Assembly: GCF_006345805.1 (NCBI RefSeq)
Contig: NW_021828446.1
Location: forward strand, 1 to 8,355
Length of the DNA stretch: 8,355 nucleotides
From: Octopus sinensis
Taxonomy: Eukaryota
Reading direction: 5' to 3'
The translations under genes were made by a program, and so were the position numbers. The notes under the pieces were generated by a model, which was not told the origin of the DNA, ran no database searches, and saw only the letters and a program-made list of their open reading frames with translations. This document shows, piece by piece, positions 6,946 through 8,355 of this stretch. How positions within the stretch are numbered: position 1 is the first letter of the stretch; each line of letters starts with the position of its first letter.

Positions 6946-7455
6946 TCTATATATATAAAACTGTAGTTGTGTGAGTGTCTGTCCCCTTCGATTTAGATTC
7001 CTAACTACTCCCACATTTTGCGGTGCAGTTTAACCAAATTCGGGTATCTTATAGTCGTGATTCATATCGAGCCCGTCTGGGTATTAGCGCGCGTCTACGA
7101 TGAGTCTACGATTTTAAAATAATTTAACATCATTTTTTATTCCATTTTAATGCATAATTTTTTCGTGTGTCGATGGCGGCGGAGTTGGCGTCCATGGTCA
7201 CACCTGCACCTGTTTGCTTCTCCCCCTTCCCTCCCTCGTGAAGCTGTGGGGAAGGGAGTGTAAAGAAATCAACGTCGTAAAGCGTTGTCAAGGAGACCAG
7301 CGTTCTTTTAGAACAACGACTTCATGGCTTGAAGACACCAAAACAGAAATGGCTAAGAAAGCCCGAATTGGCATCTATAAGGGAAGTAACTCTCTAAAAA
7401 TGCTTATATAGTTATTTCCCTTACAAACCCGAGCAACGCCGGGCGATACTGCTAG
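6946..7455 (+). mobile_element. Complete 510-bp non-autonomous Helitron
   Basis: 5' TC (TCTATATATATAAAACTG) is preceded by A6945. 3' hairpin CCCGAGCAACGCCGGG (7428-7443), 8-nt spacer, CTAG (7452-7455), then T7456. This is an A^T insertion without TSD. The termini are shared with the elements at 1-601. Confidence 0.9.
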
Positions 7456-7469
7456 TATTATTTATACGA

Positions 7470-7755
7470 CAGTGGTTCGAGTGTTGTATGATTGCAAACG
7501 TGATTTCGATACCCGGAAACAGTGCTGTGTACTCTCCGTGGGCAAAAAAAACACTTAAATTCCACGTTGCTCAGCAGCCGTTTCGACATGTGACATGTCT
7601 GGCACGCCTCTGCACCTGAACAAGCAATGGTGATTTTGTGGAGGGGAGTGACCGTGGGGGGGGGGGCAACGCAAACATTTGATCACTATAAATACATCGT
7701 CTGTGTGGTTGTCCAGCAAGAAAGTGGCGACCTCTCGTCTGTTATCTAACAACGG
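7470..7755 (+). mobile_element. Old diverged SINE-like repeat of a different family
   Basis: Partial A-box-like AGTGGTT (7471) and B-box-like ATTTCGATACC (7503-7513), followed by TGGGCAA...CACTT as in many tRNA-derived SINEs. The downstream extent relies on recalled similarity to an octopus repeat, so the boundaries are approximate. Confidence 0.45.
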
Positions 7756-7758
7756 CAT

Positions 7759-8220
7759 CACACACACTCACTCACTCACTCACTCACTCACACACACACA
7801 CATACTCACGCACATTCACACACTCACTCACTCATACACATACTCACTCACACACACACACTCACTCACTCACTCACACACTCACTCACTCATACACACA
7901 CTCACTCACTCACTCACATACACACTTACTCAAACACTCACTCACTCACACACTCACTCACACACACACACTCACTCACACACACACTCACATACACACT
8001 CACTCACACACTCACTCACTCATACACACACACACTCACTCACACAGTCACACACTCACTCACACACTCACTCATACTCACACACACGCTCACACACTCA
8101 CTCACACACTCACTCATACACACAATCACACACTCACTCACTCATACACACACTCACACACACTCACTCACTCACTCATACACACACTCATACGCATTCA
8201 TTCACTCACTCACTCACTCA
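7759..8220. repeat. Compound (CACT)n/(CA)n microsatellite, ~460 bp
   Basis: Continuous CA and CACT units. It accounts for the THS-rich ORF 7679-8290. Confidence 0.96.
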
Positions 8221-8244
8221 GAACGTAGTGGGGATAATAATCCT

Positions 8245-8352
8245 TTTTATTATAGGCACAAGGCCCGAAATTTGGGATTATATCGACTAAAGTGTTTCAC
8301 TAGTACTTAATTTATTGACCCTTAAAGAATAAACAACAAGTCTCGACTTCGC
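8245..8352 (-). mobile_element. Probable 3' portion of another diverged SINE family
   Basis: TAGGCACAAGGCCCGAAATTTGGG...ATCGAC...AGTACTTAATTTATTGACCC resembles an octopus SINE 3' region as I recall it. It also shares the AGTACTTA.T.TAT motif with SINE copy 2 (5879-5892). It lies at the window edge. Confidence 0.45.
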
Positions 8353-8355
8353 TAG

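Larger units (their letters stand above)
6212..7472 (-). mobile_element. Older, head-less SINE copy 3, fragmented by three nested insertions
   Basis: Segments 6212-~6291, ~6543-6584, 6844-6945 and possibly 7456-7472 follow SINE copy 2 in order: TTGTTTCA.TCATTTGACTGCGGCCATGCTGG / CCC.GTACTTATTCTA..GGT / TAAGTGACG...TAAACACACC...CGGTTGTC / ACGACA. A T-rich stretch (poly-A tail on the minus strand) lies at 6183-6210. Confidence 0.82.

Noticed and set aside
7679-8290. 203-aa His/Thr/Ser-rich ORF
   Set aside because: It is a translation of the (CACT/CA)n microsatellite.

Overview
This is non-coding, repeat-saturated eukaryotic DNA. I recognise the SINE families from memory as octopus-type (cephalopod); that is an inference, not a database result. 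No credible protein-coding gene, RNA gene or CRISPR array is present, and all supplied ORFs fall in simple repeats or mobile elements. From left to right: two head-to-tail non-autonomous Helitrons (1-234, 235-601); a full tRNA-derived SINE (+, 982-1375) inside a TATG/TA microsatellite; a ~100-bp tandem array (1583-1968); a higher-order tandem array of ~122-126-bp and 50-bp units (2309-3595); complementary (GGT)n and (ACC)n tracts; a second full SINE in inverted orientation (-, 5782-6169); and an older SINE split by three nested insertions. Those insertions are a 233-bp fold-back MITE with a perfect 9-bp TSD, a 259-bp TG...CA solo-LTR-like element and a 510-bp Helitron. The window ends with further old repeats and a (CACT/CA)n tract. 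The nested insertion cluster, the higher-order array and the inverted-repeat layout are the most notable structures. I see no evidence of a new protein-based system.
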